Below, piece after piece: positions 18,806-34,312 of a stretch of 41,849 nt of DNA. The DNA comes from Thioalkalivibrio sp. Lineage in GTDB: Bacteria; Pseudomonadota; Gammaproteobacteria; Ectothiorhodospirales; Ectothiorhodospiraceae. Position numbers and translations under genes: made by a program. Every line of letters starts with the position of its first letter. Within the stretch, counting starts at the first letter, position 1. The stretch covers positions 1-41,849 of the forward strand of contig PULL01000138.1 in NCBI GenBank assembly GCA_003550945.1, in the 5' to 3' direction. The notes under the pieces were generated by a model. The model was not told the DNA's origin, ran no database searches, and saw only the letters and a program-made list of their open reading frames with translations.

Positions 18806-20068
18806 TTAACCACCCATGTGTTCGACCACTGCCGCGCCGAAGCCGGAGCAGGAGACGGGTTCGACACCGTCGAGCAGCCGCGCGAAATCATAGGTGACGG
18901 TGCGCGCGCTGATCGCGCCGGACATGCCTTCCACGACCAGATCGGCCGCCTCGATCCAACCCATGTGCCGCAGCATCATCTCCGCAGACAGGATCAGCGA
19001 GCCGGGGTTCACCTTGTCCTGCCCGGCGTAGCGCGGCGCGGTTCCGTGGGTGGCCTCGAACATTGCCACCGTGTCGGACAGGTTCGCGCCGGGCGCGATA
19101 CCGATACCGCCGACCTGCGCAGCCAGCGCGTCCGAGATGTAGTCGCCGTTCAGGTTGAGCGTCGCGATCACGTCGTACTCTGCGGGGCGCAGCAGGATCT
19201 GCTGCAGGAACGCGTCGGCGATCACGTCCTTGATCACGATTTCGCGCCCGGTGCGCGGGTTTTCGAAGCTGCACCAGGGTCCGCCGTCGATCTCTTCGGC
19301 GCCGAACTCTTCCTGCGCCAGTTCGTAGCCCCAGTTCTTGAAGGCGCCTTCGGTGAATTTCATGATATTGCCCTTGTGCACCAGCGTGACCGAAGCCCGG
19401 TCGTTGTCGATCGCGTACTGGATCGCCTTGCGAACGAGGCGCCTGGTGCCCTCGCTGGAGACCGGCTTCACCCCCAGCCCGGCGGTGTTCGGGAATCGGA
19501 TCTTGGTGACCCCCATTTCGTTCTGCAGGAAGTCGATCACCTTGCGGACTTCATCGCTGCCCGCTTCCCATTCGATTCCGGCGTAGATGTCCTCGGAATT
19601 CTCCCGGAAAATCACCATGTCGGTCTTTTCGGGCTCCTTCAACGGACTCGGGGTGCCGGCGTAGTAGCGCACCGGGCGCAGACAGACGTACAGATCGAGC
19701 TGCTGGCGCAGCGCCACGTTCAGCGAGCGGATTCCTCCGCCCACCGGCGTGGTCAGCGGGCCCTTGATGGACACGACGAATTCGCGAACTGCGTCAAGGG
19801 TCTCCGCCGGCAGCCAGGTGTTGGCCCCGTATACGCTGTTCGCCTTCTCCCCGGCGTAGATTTCCATCCAGGCGATGCTGCGCTTGCCGCCATAGGCCTT
19901 CTCGACCGCGGCATCGATCACGCTGCGCATCACCGGCGTGATGTCGACGCCGATCCCGTCGCCCTCGATGAAGGGGATGATCGGGCGATCGGGCACCTGC
20001 ATCGTGCCATCGCTGGCAACGCCAATCCGTTCAGCGTCGGAAGGAATCTTGATGTGTTCGTAGGCCAT
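18806..20068 (-). CDS. icd: NADP-dependent isocitrate dehydrogenase (E. coli-type dimer)
   Basis: [56 protein letters not shown] at ATG 20068; TATAAT at 20106-20111 on the minus strand. Confidence 0.96.
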   Translation of the reverse strand: MAYEHIKIPSDAERIGVASDGTMQVPDRPIIPFIEGDGIGVDITPVMRSVIDAAVEKAYGGKRSIAWMEIYAGEKANSVYGANTWLPAETLDAVREFVVSIKGPLTTPVGGGIRSLNVALRQQLDLYVCLRPVRYYAGTPSPLKEPEKTDMVIFRENSEDIYAGIEWEAGSDEVRKVIDFLQNEMGVTKIRFPNTAGLGVKPVSSEGTRRLVRKAIQYAIDNDRASVTLVHKGNIMKFTEGAFKNWGYELAQEEFGAEEIDGGPWCSFENPRTGREIVIKDVIADAFLQQILLRPAEYDVIATLNLNGDYISDALAAQVGGIGIAPGANLSDTVAMFEATHGTAPRYAGQDKVNPGSLILSAEMMLRHMGWIEAADLVVEGMSGAISARTVTYDFARLLDGVEPVSCSGFGAAVVEHMGG

Positions 20069-20174
20069 GGCTGCTCCAGGGGTCGCGAGTGGGATGATCG
20101 GCCGGATTATAGTAACGATGATGGCGATACACGGCACCCCGACGGCGCGTGCCGGTCGCGCTATCATGCGCGGC

Positions 20175-20216
20175 ATGAGTGTATCGTTTCCATCCGCCGC
20201 CCCGCGCAGGCCATGA
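20175..20216 (+). other. 13-codon upstream ORF ([13 protein letters not shown]) whose TGA overlaps the nudJ ATG
   Basis: TATCAT-GCGCGGC-ATG...CCATGA overlap. Translation not demonstrated. Confidence 0.35.
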
Positions 20217-20671
20217 CCGACCGGCTGCGCTGCCACGTCACCGTCGCCGCGGTGATCGCCGATGCCGGACGCTATCTGTTCGTGGAAGAACGGATTCAGG
20301 GACGGCGCGTGCTGAACCAGCCGGCCGGCCATCTCGAGGCGGGCGAGGACCTTCTGCAGGCCATCGTGCGGGAGGTTCGCGAGGAAACGGGCCTGGATTT
20401 CCTGCCCGAATCGTGGCTCGGCTGTGACCTGCTGCGGCTTCCCGATGACGCGGTGACCCTGCGCATTGCGTTCACCGGCGAGACCCGGCCGCTGGCCGTG
20501 CCCATTGCGAGAGACCCGGTGATCGTCGCCACACACTGGCTCACGCCGGCCGAGGCGGTCGCGCGGTACTCGCTGCGCAGCCCCCTGGTGCAGCGATCCC
20601 TCCAGCGCTTCGAGGCTGGCGTACGGCTGCCTCTGGAGAGCCTTGGCGGGCTCGTGCCCGACCGGGCATGA
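20213..20671 (+). CDS. nudJ: NUDIX hydrolase NudJ/YmfB
   Basis: [27 protein letters not shown] Nudix box, RSPLV. This is the C-terminal part of ORF 18818..20671 and is coupled to mnmA. Confidence 0.9.
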   Translation: MTDRLRCHVTVAAVIADAGRYLFVEERIQGRRVLNQPAGHLEAGEDLLQAIVREVREETGLDFLPESWLGCDLLRLPDDAVTLRIAFTGETRPLAVPIARDPVIVATHWLTPAEAVARYSLRSPLVQRSLQRFEAGVRLPLESLGGLVPDRA

Positions 20672-21780
20672 CCCGGGCGCCGAAAGTCATGCTGGGCCTG
20701 TCCGGCGGCGTCGATTCGGCGCTCGCGGGGGCACGCCTGATCGAGGCCGGCTACCGCGTCGAAGGCCTGTTCATGAAGAACTGGGAGGACGACGACGAAC
20801 CCGGCTACTGCGCGGCCGAGGCCGACCTGGCGATGGCCCGGGAGGTCGCTGACACCCTCGGGATCCCACTGCACAAGGCGAATTACGCGGCCGACTACTG
20901 GCAGCGGGTGTTCGCGCAGTTTCTTGCCGAGTACGAGGCGGGCCGGACGCCAAACCCCGACATTCTGTGCAACCGCGAAATCAAGTTTCCCGCACTCGTG
21001 GATCACGCCCGCAGGTTGGGCGCCGAACACGTCGCCACCGGCCACTACGCCGAGGTCCGGCACGACCCCGACGCATCCAGCCTGCTTCGCGCGGCCGACG
21101 CCGAAAAGGACCAGACCTATTTCCTCTGCCGCATCACCCAGGACCAGCTCCGCCCCGCGCTCTTCCCGCTCGGCCCGCTGCTGAAGAGCGAGGTCCGCCG
21201 CGAAGCGCAGGCGCTCGGGCTCCCCAACTTTGCGCGCAAGGACAGTACCGGCATCTGTTTTATCGGTGAGCGGCGGTTCCGGGACTTCCTCGCGCGCTAC
21301 CTGCGCGCAGCCGAGGGGGAAATCCGAACTCCCGAAGGCCAACTGCTGGGCACCCACCTGGGCCTGATGTTCTACACGCTGGGGCAGCGGCAGGGACTGG
21401 GCATCGGCGGCGTCGCGGGAAGCGGGGAATCCCCCTGGTACGTGGTGGACAAGGACACGGCGCGCAACCGGCTGATCGTCGCGCAGGGCGCGGATCACCC
21501 CCTGCTGCAGAGCCGCGCGTTGACCACCGAGGCGCCACACTGGATCCGGCGCCCGGCAACCGCCGGCGCGACGCTGCTGGCCCGGATCCGGCATCGTCAG
21601 CCGTTGCAGCTGGCGCGCATCACCGGCGGAGACAGCGCTTCCCTGGAAGTCAGTTTCGATGTGCCGCAGAGAGCGGTCACGCCCGGACAGTCGATCGTGT
21701 TCTACGATGGCCGGGAATGCCTCGGCGGGGCGGTGATCGCCACCCGATCACGCGAGCCGGCGAATCCAGTTCCGGTATAG
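20668..21780 (+). CDS. mnmA: tRNA 2-thiouridylase MnmA
   Basis: SGGVDS PP-loop, [33 protein letters not shown]. Confidence 0.97.
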   Translation: MTRAPKVMLGLSGGVDSALAGARLIEAGYRVEGLFMKNWEDDDEPGYCAAEADLAMAREVADTLGIPLHKANYAADYWQRVFAQFLAEYEAGRTPNPDILCNREIKFPALVDHARRLGAEHVATGHYAEVRHDPDASSLLRAADAEKDQTYFLCRITQDQLRPALFPLGPLLKSEVRREAQALGLPNFARKDSTGICFIGERRFRDFLARYLRAAEGEIRTPEGQLLGTHLGLMFYTLGQRQGLGIGGVAGSGESPWYVVDKDTARNRLIVAQGADHPLLQSRALTTEAPHWIRRPATAGATLLARIRHRQPLQLARITGGDSASLEVSFDVPQRAVTPGQSIVFYDGRECLGGAVIATRSREPANPVPV

Positions 21781-21825
21781 TATTGCCCCGATTGACCCCG
21801 CCCCCAACTGCGAGACACGCGACCC

Positions 21826-22455
21826 TTGGAGCGCAGCGACTACAACCGGGCCCTCGCCCTTGCGGCCATCTTCCAGACTGCCTTGCTGGTGAAGGATCTC
21901 GCGTGGCGTGGTCACTGCGACGATCACGAGTTCGAGATCATGATCGGCAGCCTGTTCGCCTTCGACGTGGAAACACCGCCTGAGATTTATCGCGGCGAGG
22001 CCAACCTGCGCGCCGGGCTGGAGCGCATCGAGGTGCAGCTGAAATCCGGCGGCAAGCCCCCGGACATGGAGATCACCCGTTACGCGATCGGGCTGATCTT
22101 CCTGGAGCGCAAGCTGCAGGCGCGCTCCGACATGCTGGCCGCGCTCGGTGACGGCCTGAAGGCGGCAGAACGACAGGTCGAATATTTCGATCTGTCTCAC
22201 GAGAGCGTGATCGCCCGCCTCGCCGAGGTGTACCAGGAAACGATTTCCCGACTTGGCCCGCGCATCATCGTGCAGGGCGAGCAGACCCATCTCTCGAACC
22301 CGAATGTTGCGGCACGTATACGGGCCACGCTGCTGGCCGGCATCCGCGCCGCCGTGCTCTGGCGCCAGGCCGGAGGTTCACGCTGGAAACTGCTGTTCGG
22401 GCGCAACCGTCTGATCCAGGAAGCGCGCGATCTGCTGCACCGACTCAACACCTGA
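21826..22455 (+). CDS. hflD: High frequency lysogenization protein HflD
   Basis: [43 protein letters not shown] start. Confidence 0.93.
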   Translation: MERSDYNRALALAAIFQTALLVKDLAWRGHCDDHEFEIMIGSLFAFDVETPPEIYRGEANLRAGLERIEVQLKSGGKPPDMEITRYAIGLIFLERKLQARSDMLAALGDGLKAAERQVEYFDLSHESVIARLAEVYQETISRLGPRIIVQGEQTHLSNPNVAARIRATLLAGIRAAVLWRQAGGSRWKLLFGRNRLIQEARDLLHRLNT

Positions 22456-22472
22456 CCCCCAGGACCGACATC

Positions 22473-25223
<2,751 letters not shown>

Positions 25224-25379
25224 GCGTGAACGGGCCGTCCGGCACGGTCCGGATCGGATGTTTTTGCTCGACAAGGATGCAGGCGGCCAGCCTCTGGCCC
25301 CTGGGGACGCCCCGACGCCCGATCGGCGAGAGGGCTTCGTGATCATCACGGGTTAGGGACTTGGGGAGAAGGTTGCACG

Positions 25380-26513
25380 ATGAAAGAATGGGCGCGTTTT
25401 GCAACCCTTGCAGCGGCGTTGGCCACCCTCCTGACCGCTTGTGGCGGGGGCGGCCCAGGCGAGCCACCTGCCGGACCACCGCCATCGGTTACCGTCATTC
25501 AACTCGAGACCGAGCCGGTGACCGAGACGCGGGAATACATAGGCCGCGTGACTGCCGCCGAGCGGGTCGATCTGCGCGCACGCGTGCAGGGGTTCCTGCA
25601 GGAAGTCACATTCACCGAGGGTCGCCGTGTCGAAGCGGGCGATCTTTTGTTCCGGATCGAACCCGACGCCTACCAGGCCGCGGTTGCCCAGCGCCAGGCC
25701 GACGTCGAAAGGGCACGGGCGGAAGCCACCAATGCCGAGGCACAGCTGCGTCGGGCCGAGGAATTGTTGCGAACCAACGACATCTCGCGAGCGCGCGCCG
25801 ACGAACTGCGCGCCGCGGCAACCGTAACCGCTGCCGGCATCTCACAGGCGGAGGCGGCGCTGAAAGCGGCACAGCTGAACCTCGACTACACCCAGATCCA
25901 CGCACCGATCTCCGGACGAATCGGACTCTCCCGGTACACCGTGGGCAACCTGATCGGCCCCGAATCCGGGGTGCTCGCAACCCTCGTGCAGCACGACCCG
26001 ATTTTCGTCCAGTTCCCGATGACCCAAAGTGAACTCCTCGCTCACCGCCGGGAAGCCCAGGACCTGGGCGAAGATGCGTCGACCGCTATGATTCAGTTGC
26101 AGCTCGCCGATGGGAGTCGGTACGAACACGAAGGCCGGCTCGACTTCATCGATGTGACCGTCGATCCGGGTACCGACACGGTGCTGTTGCGGTCCCGGCT
26201 TGCGAACCCGGACGGCCTGCTTGTGCCAGGGCAGTTCGTCGCCGTGGTCGTCCGGAGCGGCGAGCCCGAGATGGGTCTGCTTGTCCCGCAATCGGCGCTG
26301 CAGATGGATCAGCTGGGCCTTTCCGTGCTGGTGCTGGACCAGGAAGACCGCGTACAGGTTCGCCGAATCATTGCTGGCCAGCAGGTGGGGGCGCGCGTGG
26401 TGGCCCGCTCCGGGCTGGCGCCCGGAGACCGGGTTGTCGTCGAGGGCGTGCAGAAGGTGCGGCCCGGTCAGGCCGTAACCGCGACACCCTGGCAACCCCC
26501 GAGCCGGGACTGA
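25380..26513 (+). CDS. RND efflux periplasmic adaptor (MFP lipoprotein)
   Basis: Lipobox LTAC, VDLRARVQGFL, APISGRIG, VDPGTDT, PGQFV. Confidence 0.93.
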   Translation: MKEWARFATLAAALATLLTACGGGGPGEPPAGPPPSVTVIQLETEPVTETREYIGRVTAAERVDLRARVQGFLQEVTFTEGRRVEAGDLLFRIEPDAYQAAVAQRQADVERARAEATNAEAQLRRAEELLRTNDISRARADELRAAATVTAAGISQAEAALKAAQLNLDYTQIHAPISGRIGLSRYTVGNLIGPESGVLATLVQHDPIFVQFPMTQSELLAHRREAQDLGEDASTAMIQLQLADGSRYEHEGRLDFIDVTVDPGTDTVLLRSRLANPDGLLVPGQFVAVVVRSGEPEMGLLVPQSALQMDQLGLSVLVLDQEDRVQVRRIIAGQQVGARVVARSGLAPGDRVVVEGVQKVRPGQAVTATPWQPPSRD

Positions 26514-26519
26514 CAGGCC

Positions 26520-29500
26520 GTGTTCTCCCACATCTTCATCGACCGGCCCCGGCTGGCTATCGTGATCTCGGTGGTGATTACGCTTGCGGGCCTGATCGCA
26601 CTTACCCGCCTGCCCGTCGCTCAATTCCCGGACATCGTGCCGCCGCAGGTGCAGGTCAGCGGCTTCTATCCGGGTGCAAGTGCCGATGTGGTCGAGGCGA
26701 CGATCGCCCAGCCTGTCGAAGGCAAGGTGAACGGCGTGGACAACATGCTGTACATGAAGTCCAGTTCCACCAACACCGGCGCCTATACGCTGACGGTGAC
26801 GTTTGCCCTGGGTACCGACCCGGATATCAACACGGTCAACGTGCAGAACCGGGTCGCACTGGCCGAGGCCCAGCTACCCGAGGAGGTCAAACGGCAGGGC
26901 CTGACCGTGCGCAAGAGGTCCTCCGCGTTGCTCCAGGTCCTCGCGCTGCACGCGCCGGGTGGCAGCTACGACAATTTGTTTCTGAGTAATTACGCGACGA
27001 TCAACCTGGTCGACACGCTTGCGCGCGTTCCAGGTGTTGGCGAGGTGTCGCTGTTCGGGGGGCAGGACTACAGCATGCGGATCTGGCTGAGCTCCGAGCG
27101 CCTGACCGCGTTGGGGCTGACGCCGGCGGACGTGGTTCAGGCCATCCGTGCGCAGAACGTGCAGGCGGCAGTCGGCCGCATTGGCGCGCAGCCGATGTTC
27201 GACGACGCGCAGTTCCAGATCACCTTGCAGACGCGCGGACGCCTCTCCGAGATCGAGGAGTTCGAGAGGATCGTCGTGCGTGCGAACCCCGACGGCTCGA
27301 CGGTCCGTGTGCGCGACCTCGGTCGAGTCGAACTCGGCGCCAGGACCGCCGATGCGCAGGCACGCCTGGACGGAGCCCCCACCGCCGGCATCGCGATCTA
27401 CCAGGCTCCGGGCGCAAACGCACTGGCCGTGGCGGAAGGCGTGCGCGGGGCGATGGAGCAGCTTGCGGAGCGATTCCCGGACGACATGGATTACCGAGTC
27501 GTTTACGACACCTCCGAGTTCGTGAGCGCAAGCCTGGAAAAGGTAGTGCACACGCTGTTCGAGGCATTCGTACTGGTGGTTCTCGTGGTATTCCTGTTCC
27601 TGGGCAGCCTGCGCGCGACCCTGATCCCGATGATCGCAGTGCCGGTGGCCCTGATCGGCAGCTTTGCCTTCCTGCTGATGCTCGGCTTCACGGTAAACAC
27701 CATCTCCCTGCTTGCGGTCGTGCTCGCGATCGGCATCGTGGTCGACGACGCAATCGTGGTGGTCGAGAACATCGAGCGCATCATGGAAGAGGAAGGGCTC
27801 GGGCCGCGCGAAGCGGCGAAGAAGGCGATGACCCAGATCACTGGCCCCATCCTCGCGATCACGTTGGTGCTACTGTCGGTGTTCGTGCCCGTCGCGTTCA
27901 TCCCCGGGATCACCGGACAGATGTTCCAGCAGTTCGCCGCGGTGATTGCGTTCGCGATGCTGATCTCGGCCGTGAACGCGCTTACGCTCTCCCCTGCCCT
28001 CAGTGCGCTGCTTCTGAAGCCGGGGCAACACCGGCGCGGACCGATGCGCTATGTACTGGGCGGCATCGACCGCGTGCGTGACGGCTATGCGTTTGTCGTC
28101 GCCCGCCTGGTGCGTGTTTCCGCGGTAGCGGGCGTGATCCTGCTGGTGCTCGGCTTCGGAACCCTGGGGCTGTTCAAGGCCACACCAACCGGCTTCCTGC
28201 CGCAGGAGGACCAGGGCGCGTACATGGCGGAGATCCAGCTGCCGCCCGGCGCGTCACTGAACCGCACGCTGGCGGTGGTCGAGCAGGTGGAAGCGATCGC
28301 GGCCGCCGACCCGGCGGTGCAGGACGTGCTTTCGGTGGCCGGTTTCAGCATTCTCGACGGTTCGGTGCAGTCCAACAGCGCCTTCCTCATCGGGCGCCTG
28401 AAGCCTTATGCAGAGCGCCGAACCGCCGATCTGAAGGTCGACGCAGTGATCCAACGGCTTGCCGTACAGGGCAACGCAATCCCGGGCGCGCGCGTGATGC
28501 CGTTCAACCTGCCGCCGATCGTCGGACTCGGAACCGGCGGCGGTTTCGAATACCAGCTGCAGGACCTGCAGGGACGGGCGCCCGAGGAATTGGCCGCCGC
28601 GATGCGCGGGCTGGTGTTCGCCGCGAACCAGCATCCGGATCTGGGGGCGGTCTATTCGACCTGGGCCACCGACACCCCGCAGTTGTTTCTGAACATCGAC
28701 CGCGACAAGGCCGAGGCGCTGGGTGTGCGGATCGGCGACGTGTTTGCCGCGTTACAGGCCACGTTGGGCGGGGCCTACGTGAACGACTTCAACCGCTTCG
28801 GCCGGGTCTGGCAGGTCAACGTGCAGGGCGACGTCGAAGACCGTGCGCGGGTTGACGACATCTACCGGATCCACGTGCGCAACCGCGACGGCGACATGGT
28901 CTCCCTGCGCGCATTGATGGACATCGACCTCATTCTCGGCCCGCAGTCGCTGCAGCGCTACAACAACTACCGCAGCGTGACCGTCAGCGGCGGACCAGCA
29001 CCCGGCCGCAGTAGTGGGGATGCGCTCAGCGCAATGGAGGAAATCTCCGCAGAAACGCTTCCCGCCGGTTTCGGCTTCGAGTGGACCGGGACCGCGTTGC
29101 AGGAGAAGCAAGCCGGGGGCCAGACTGTCATTGTGCTCGCGCTGGCCGTGCTGTTCGCCTACCTGTTTCTGGTCGCTCTGTACGAAAGCTGGTCGATGCC
29201 CGCAGCGGTGCTGCTGTCGGTGGTCGTCGCCGTTCTCGGCGCGATGGTCGCGCTCTGGGTCACGGGCCTGTCCAACGACCTCTATGCCCAGATCGGCATC
29301 GTGGTGCTGATTGGACTCGCAGCCAAGAATGCGATCCTGATCGTCGAGTTCTCGATGCAGGAGCGCAGAAACGGCGTGCCGATCCTCGACGCGGCCACCA
29401 ACGGCGCGCGGCTGCGCATCCGGGCGGTGCTGATGACCAGCTTCGCGTTCATCATGGGCCTAGTGCCGCTGATCACCGCCACCGGTGCCGGCGAGGCCAG

Positions 29501-29669
29501 CCAACGCGGCGTCGGCACCGCGGTCTTCGGCGGCATGCTCGCGGCCGCGATCGTGGGCGTGTTCCTGATCCCGATGCTCTACGTGCTGTTCCAGCGGTTG
29601 CGCGAGCGCATCCACGGCACCGCTCCGACCCAAGCGGCGGCAAGGCCACCTTCGACGCCGACCACCTGA
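26520..29669 (+). CDS. RND multidrug efflux permease (HAE1/AcrB family)
   Basis: FIDRP start, proton-relay motifs [15 protein letters not shown] and [14 protein letters not shown], 1049 aa. Confidence 0.96.
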   Translation: MFSHIFIDRPRLAIVISVVITLAGLIALTRLPVAQFPDIVPPQVQVSGFYPGASADVVEATIAQPVEGKVNGVDNMLYMKSSSTNTGAYTLTVTFALGTDPDINTVNVQNRVALAEAQLPEEVKRQGLTVRKRSSALLQVLALHAPGGSYDNLFLSNYATINLVDTLARVPGVGEVSLFGGQDYSMRIWLSSERLTALGLTPADVVQAIRAQNVQAAVGRIGAQPMFDDAQFQITLQTRGRLSEIEEFERIVVRANPDGSTVRVRDLGRVELGARTADAQARLDGAPTAGIAIYQAPGANALAVAEGVRGAMEQLAERFPDDMDYRVVYDTSEFVSASLEKVVHTLFEAFVLVVLVVFLFLGSLRATLIPMIAVPVALIGSFAFLLMLGFTVNTISLLAVVLAIGIVVDDAIVVVENIERIMEEEGLGPREAAKKAMTQITGPILAITLVLLSVFVPVAFIPGITGQMFQQFAAVIAFAMLISAVNALTLSPALSALLLKPGQHRRGPMRYVLGGIDRVRDGYAFVVARLVRVSAVAGVILLVLGFGTLGLFKATPTGFLPQEDQGAYMAEIQLPPGASLNRTLAVVEQVEAIAAADPAVQDVLSVAGFSILDGSVQSNSAFLIGRLKPYAERRTADLKVDAVIQRLAVQGNAIPGARVMPFNLPPIVGLGTGGGFEYQLQDLQGRAPEELAAAMRGLVFAANQHPDLGAVYSTWATDTPQLFLNIDRDKAEALGVRIGDVFAALQATLGGAYVNDFNRFGRVWQVNVQGDVEDRARVDDIYRIHVRNRDGDMVSLRALMDIDLILGPQSLQRYNNYRSVTVSGGPAPGRSSGDALSAMEEISAETLPAGFGFEWTGTALQEKQAGGQTVIVLALAVLFAYLFLVALYESWSMPAAVLLSVVVAVLGAMVALWVTGLSNDLYAQIGIVVLIGLAAKNAILIVEFSMQERRNGVPILDAATNGARLRIRAVLMTSFAFIMGLVPLITATGAGEASQRGVGTAVFGGMLAAAIVGVFLIPMLYVLFQRLRERIHGTAPTQAAARPPSTPTT

Positions 29670-29768
29670 ACCGTCTTGCGGCTCACGCGCTCCCTCGCTT
29701 GCACGGGAGGGCTGGGGAGGCGGGAAGTCCGCCACCCAACCCAGCACCGCAGTCACCACACGCCGCTC

Positions 29769-31145
29769 TCAGCGCGGGCCGGTAAGACGCGCCGGGTCCA
29801 GCAGCTCCACCAGCCGGTCGCGCCCGATCCCGGTCTCCTCGGCGGCCACGTCGAGTATCGACCGGCCGGATTCGTAGGCCATCTTCGCGATCCGGGCCCC
29901 GGCCTCGTAGCCGATCTCCGCGTTCAACGCCGTGACCAGAATCGGATTACGTTCCAGCGCCTCCGAAAGCCTGGCCTCGTTCACGCTGAATCCTGCGATC
30001 GCCCGATCGGCAAGGTGTTGCATGGCGTCGCTGAGGATCTGAATCTGGGTCAGCAGATTGTCCGCGATCAGCGGCAGCATCACGTTGAGTTGAAAACTGC
30101 CCGACTGCGCCGCGAGGCTGATCGCGGTATCGAGACCGGTCACCTGCACGCAGGCCATCATCACCGCTTCGGGAATCACCGGATTCACCTTCCCAGGCAT
30201 GATCGAACTGCCTGGCTGCAGCGCCGGGAGTGCGATTTCGGCCAAGCCCGTCAGCGGCCCGGAATTCATCCAGCGCAGATCGTTCGCAATCTTCAGCAGC
30301 ACGGTGGCAAGGGTGCGAAGCTGACCGGACAGTTCAGCCGCAGTGTCCTGACTCGCCAGTGCGGCGAAGCCATTCGCCTGCCGCACGAACGGCACATCCA
30401 GGCGCTGGGACAGACGCCGCGCAACCCGCTCACCAAAACCCTCGGGTGCATTGATGCCGGTGCCCACCGCAGTCCCGCCGATCGCGAGCCTGCGCAGGCG
30501 GGGGCGGACGTCATCCAGCCTGGACTCCGCCAACTCCAGCTGGGTGCGCCAGCCGGACAGTTCCTGGTCGAAGCGGATCGGCATCGCGTCCATCAGATGC
30601 GTGCGCCCAGTCTTCACCACGGCGGCCAGTTCGCGTTCCCGGCGTGCGATCACCGCGATCAGGTGCCGCAGCGCCGGTTTCAGCCGCTGCTCCAGTTCGA
30701 TCGCCGCGGACACGTGAATCGCGGTGGGAATCACGTCGTTCGAACTCTGGCTGCGATTCACGTGGTCGTTCGGGTGAACGGAGGTGCCGGCTGCCGTGGC
30801 GAGATGTGCGATCACCTCGTTCATGTTCATGTTGGTGCTGGTACCGGAACCCGTCTGATACACGTCAACGGGGAAGGCCTCTTGGTGCTGCCCGAGCGCA
30901 ATCGCGTCAGCGGCGTCGACAATCGCGGCCGATTGCGCGGCTGTGATGCCGCCCAATCCCAGGTTGACTTCGGCACAGGCGGCCTTGATCTGCGCAAGCG
31001 CGCGAAGGAAAGCCTGCGGCAGCGGGCGCCGTGCGATCCGGAAATTGTCCACCGCCCGCTGCGTCTGGGCACCCCAAAGCGCCTTGGCAGGAATCCGGAC
31101 CGGTCCCATGCTGTCGTGTTCGGTGCGGTGATCGTCTTGGACCAT
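29769..31145 (-). CDS. fumC: Class II fumarate hydratase
   Basis: HDSMG, WGAQTQR, QTGSGTSTNMN, GRTHLMDA, GSSIMPGKVNP. GGAG RBS before ATG 31145. Confidence 0.94.
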   Translation of the reverse strand: MVQDDHRTEHDSMGPVRIPAKALWGAQTQRAVDNFRIARRPLPQAFLRALAQIKAACAEVNLGLGGITAAQSAAIVDAADAIALGQHQEAFPVDVYQTGSGTSTNMNMNEVIAHLATAAGTSVHPNDHVNRSQSSNDVIPTAIHVSAAIELEQRLKPALRHLIAVIARRERELAAVVKTGRTHLMDAMPIRFDQELSGWRTQLELAESRLDDVRPRLRRLAIGGTAVGTGINAPEGFGERVARRLSQRLDVPFVRQANGFAALASQDTAAELSGQLRTLATVLLKIANDLRWMNSGPLTGLAEIALPALQPGSSIMPGKVNPVIPEAVMMACVQVTGLDTAISLAAQSGSFQLNVMLPLIADNLLTQIQILSDAMQHLADRAIAGFSVNEARLSEALERNPILVTALNAEIGYEAGARIAKMAYESGRSILDVAAEETGIGRDRLVELLDPARLTGPR

Positions 31146-31282
31146 GACTGCGCTCCGACGGGGATGAAGGTCCATTCTATCGTCGGCGTCGCCCCGTTGG
31201 AGCGACTCCTGGTCGCTATCGGGCCGTCACGCCACGGAACAACGCCGCTCGCGGCCGGAACCCGCCTGGATCCGCGGTATAA

Positions 31283-32698
<1,416 letters not shown>

Positions 32699-32699
32699 C

Positions 32700-33866
32700 G
32701 TGGCCGGAGCCAACGGCCCGCTGCTGGGCGGCCTGGGCGCCGCTGCGTTCCTGCGCGACTACTGGCAGCAACGCCCGCTGGTGATCCGCCGCGCCATCCC
32801 CGATTTCACCAACCCGATCGATGCCGACGAACTCGCCGGCCTCGCCTGCGAACCGGCTGTGCGCTCGCGGATCGTGCTCGGACACCCCGACCGCAGGGAC
32901 TGGAGCGTCGAATACGGGCCGTTCGACCCGGAGCGCTTCGCGCAACTTCCGGAAACCGCCTGGACCCTGCTGGTCTCCGAGGTCGAGCACTACTGGCCGG
33001 ACGGCCCCGACTGGCTGCGCCGCTTCGACTTCATCCCCCGCTGGCGCCGCGACGACCTGATGATCTCCTACGCAGTGCGCGACGGGTCGGTCGGCCCGCA
33101 CATCGATGCCTATGACGTGTTCCTGTTCCAGGCCCAGGGGCGCCGCCGCTGGCAAATCCAGGAGCCGCCACCGAAATCGCCCATCTGCCTTCCGGCCCTG
33201 CCGCTCGCGATCCTGAGACGGTTCGAACCGACCTCCGAATGGATTCTGGAACCGGGAGACATGCTGTACCTTCCCCCCGGCATCCCGCATCTGGGCATGG
33301 CTCTGGACGACGACTGCATGACCTGGTCGATCGGGTTCCGGGCCCCGGCCTGGCGCGAGGTCGTCGGTGCGTTTCTCGAGGAACGGCTGGAATCGGTAGG
33401 CCCGGAGCGCATCGGGGACGCAGGGCGGGAACCGTCGTTGCACCCGCACGAACTCGCTGCCGGCGACCTCACGGCGCTGCGCTGCGGATTGCTCGAACGG
33501 CTGCGCACCCAGCCGGCGGAACTCGACCGGTTTCTGGCCGGTTTCCTGAGCCGCCCGCAGCAGGAAGCACCGGCGGACGACGACGAATCCGACGATTCTT
33601 CAAAGGCACCTGTTCGCGAACTGGACCCTTCGGCCCGTTACCGCTTCGACCCCGATCTCAAGCGTTATTGGATCCGGAGCGATGCCGGCATCCTGCTGTT
33701 CGCCGGGGGGCATTCCCTGGCGGCAGCAGGTCTCACTGCAGCCGACGCCGAGTCGTTCTGTTCCGCCGACATCATCGTGCCCGAAGCCTGGAGGGGTGCC
33801 ATCCCTGAACTTCTTCCCGTACTCGAAGACCTGCTGGACCTCGATCTGATCGAACCCGATGACTGA
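32700..33866 (+). CDS. roxA: JmjC/cupin ribosomal protein uL16 hydroxylase (RoxA/YcfD family)
   Basis: FLRDYWQQRP, WRRDDLMISYA..GSVGPHIDAYDVF, EPGDMLYLPP..PH, SIGFR. Follows purB. Confidence 0.88.
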   Translation: MAGANGPLLGGLGAAAFLRDYWQQRPLVIRRAIPDFTNPIDADELAGLACEPAVRSRIVLGHPDRRDWSVEYGPFDPERFAQLPETAWTLLVSEVEHYWPDGPDWLRRFDFIPRWRRDDLMISYAVRDGSVGPHIDAYDVFLFQAQGRRRWQIQEPPPKSPICLPALPLAILRRFEPTSEWILEPGDMLYLPPGIPHLGMALDDDCMTWSIGFRAPAWREVVGAFLEERLESVGPERIGDAGREPSLHPHELAAGDLTALRCGLLERLRTQPAELDRFLAGFLSRPQQEAPADDDESDDSSKAPVRELDPSARYRFDPDLKRYWIRSDAGILLFAGGHSLAAAGLTAADAESFCSADIIVPEAWRGAIPELLPVLEDLLDLDLIEPDD

Positions 33867-33979
33867 CTCCTGAAGTGCGGAAACCCGCCCCCGTTTACCC
33901 TGGAGCGAACCGGTTGCCGCCGCAGCACGCTAACCCCCTGCCAAACCGCTCCGCCAGGCCGCATTACTCCGCCATTTTC

Positions 33980-34009
33980 TTGACCGATTTGGCGCCGACG
34001 GGGTATGTT
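33980..34009 (+). promoter_or_regulatory. Possible sigma70 promoter for gltBD
   Basis: TTGACC-18 nt-TATGTT. Confidence 0.4.
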
Positions 34010-34084
34010 TCCGCGGCTACGGGGGCGGCCGCCTCCCCTCGTTCCCAGCCGAGCGAAATTCGTCCGCAGGCCCTACCACCCCGG

Positions 34085-34132
34085 CGCACGGTTTTGGGGC
34101 TGGCGGCGCGCGGATTGCACCAACCCGATGCA
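34085..34132. promoter_or_regulatory. Two tandem NtrC-like enhancer sites
   Basis: CGCACG-GTTTT-GGGGCT (34085-34101) and TGCACC-AACCC-GATGCA (34116-34132) versus consensus TGCACC-N5-GGTGCA. Centres are 31 bp apart. Confidence 0.6.
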
Positions 34133-34181
34133 CCACCGTTCGTCCCGGCGTCTCCGATCGCCACAAGGCCTATCGCGGAAA

Positions 34182-34196
34182 TGGCACGATTGCTGC
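34182..34196 (+). promoter_or_regulatory. sigma54 -24/-12 promoter
   Basis: TGGCAC-GATTG-CTGC with exact GG-N10-GC spacing. Confidence 0.65.
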
Positions 34197-34312
34197 CTGA
34201 TGAATAGGCTAACGATTCGTGGGGCAGAGCCGCTTTATCCGGCGCTGTCCCCGTGGTCACGGTCTCCGTGCACACGTGTCCGCTAACGAGCAGGTACCAA
34301 CGAGGTCCAACG

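Noticed and set aside
18818-20671. Apparent 617-aa fusion ending in a NUDIX domain
   Set aside because: The N-terminal part is the antisense shadow of icd. Only 20213..20671 is supported.
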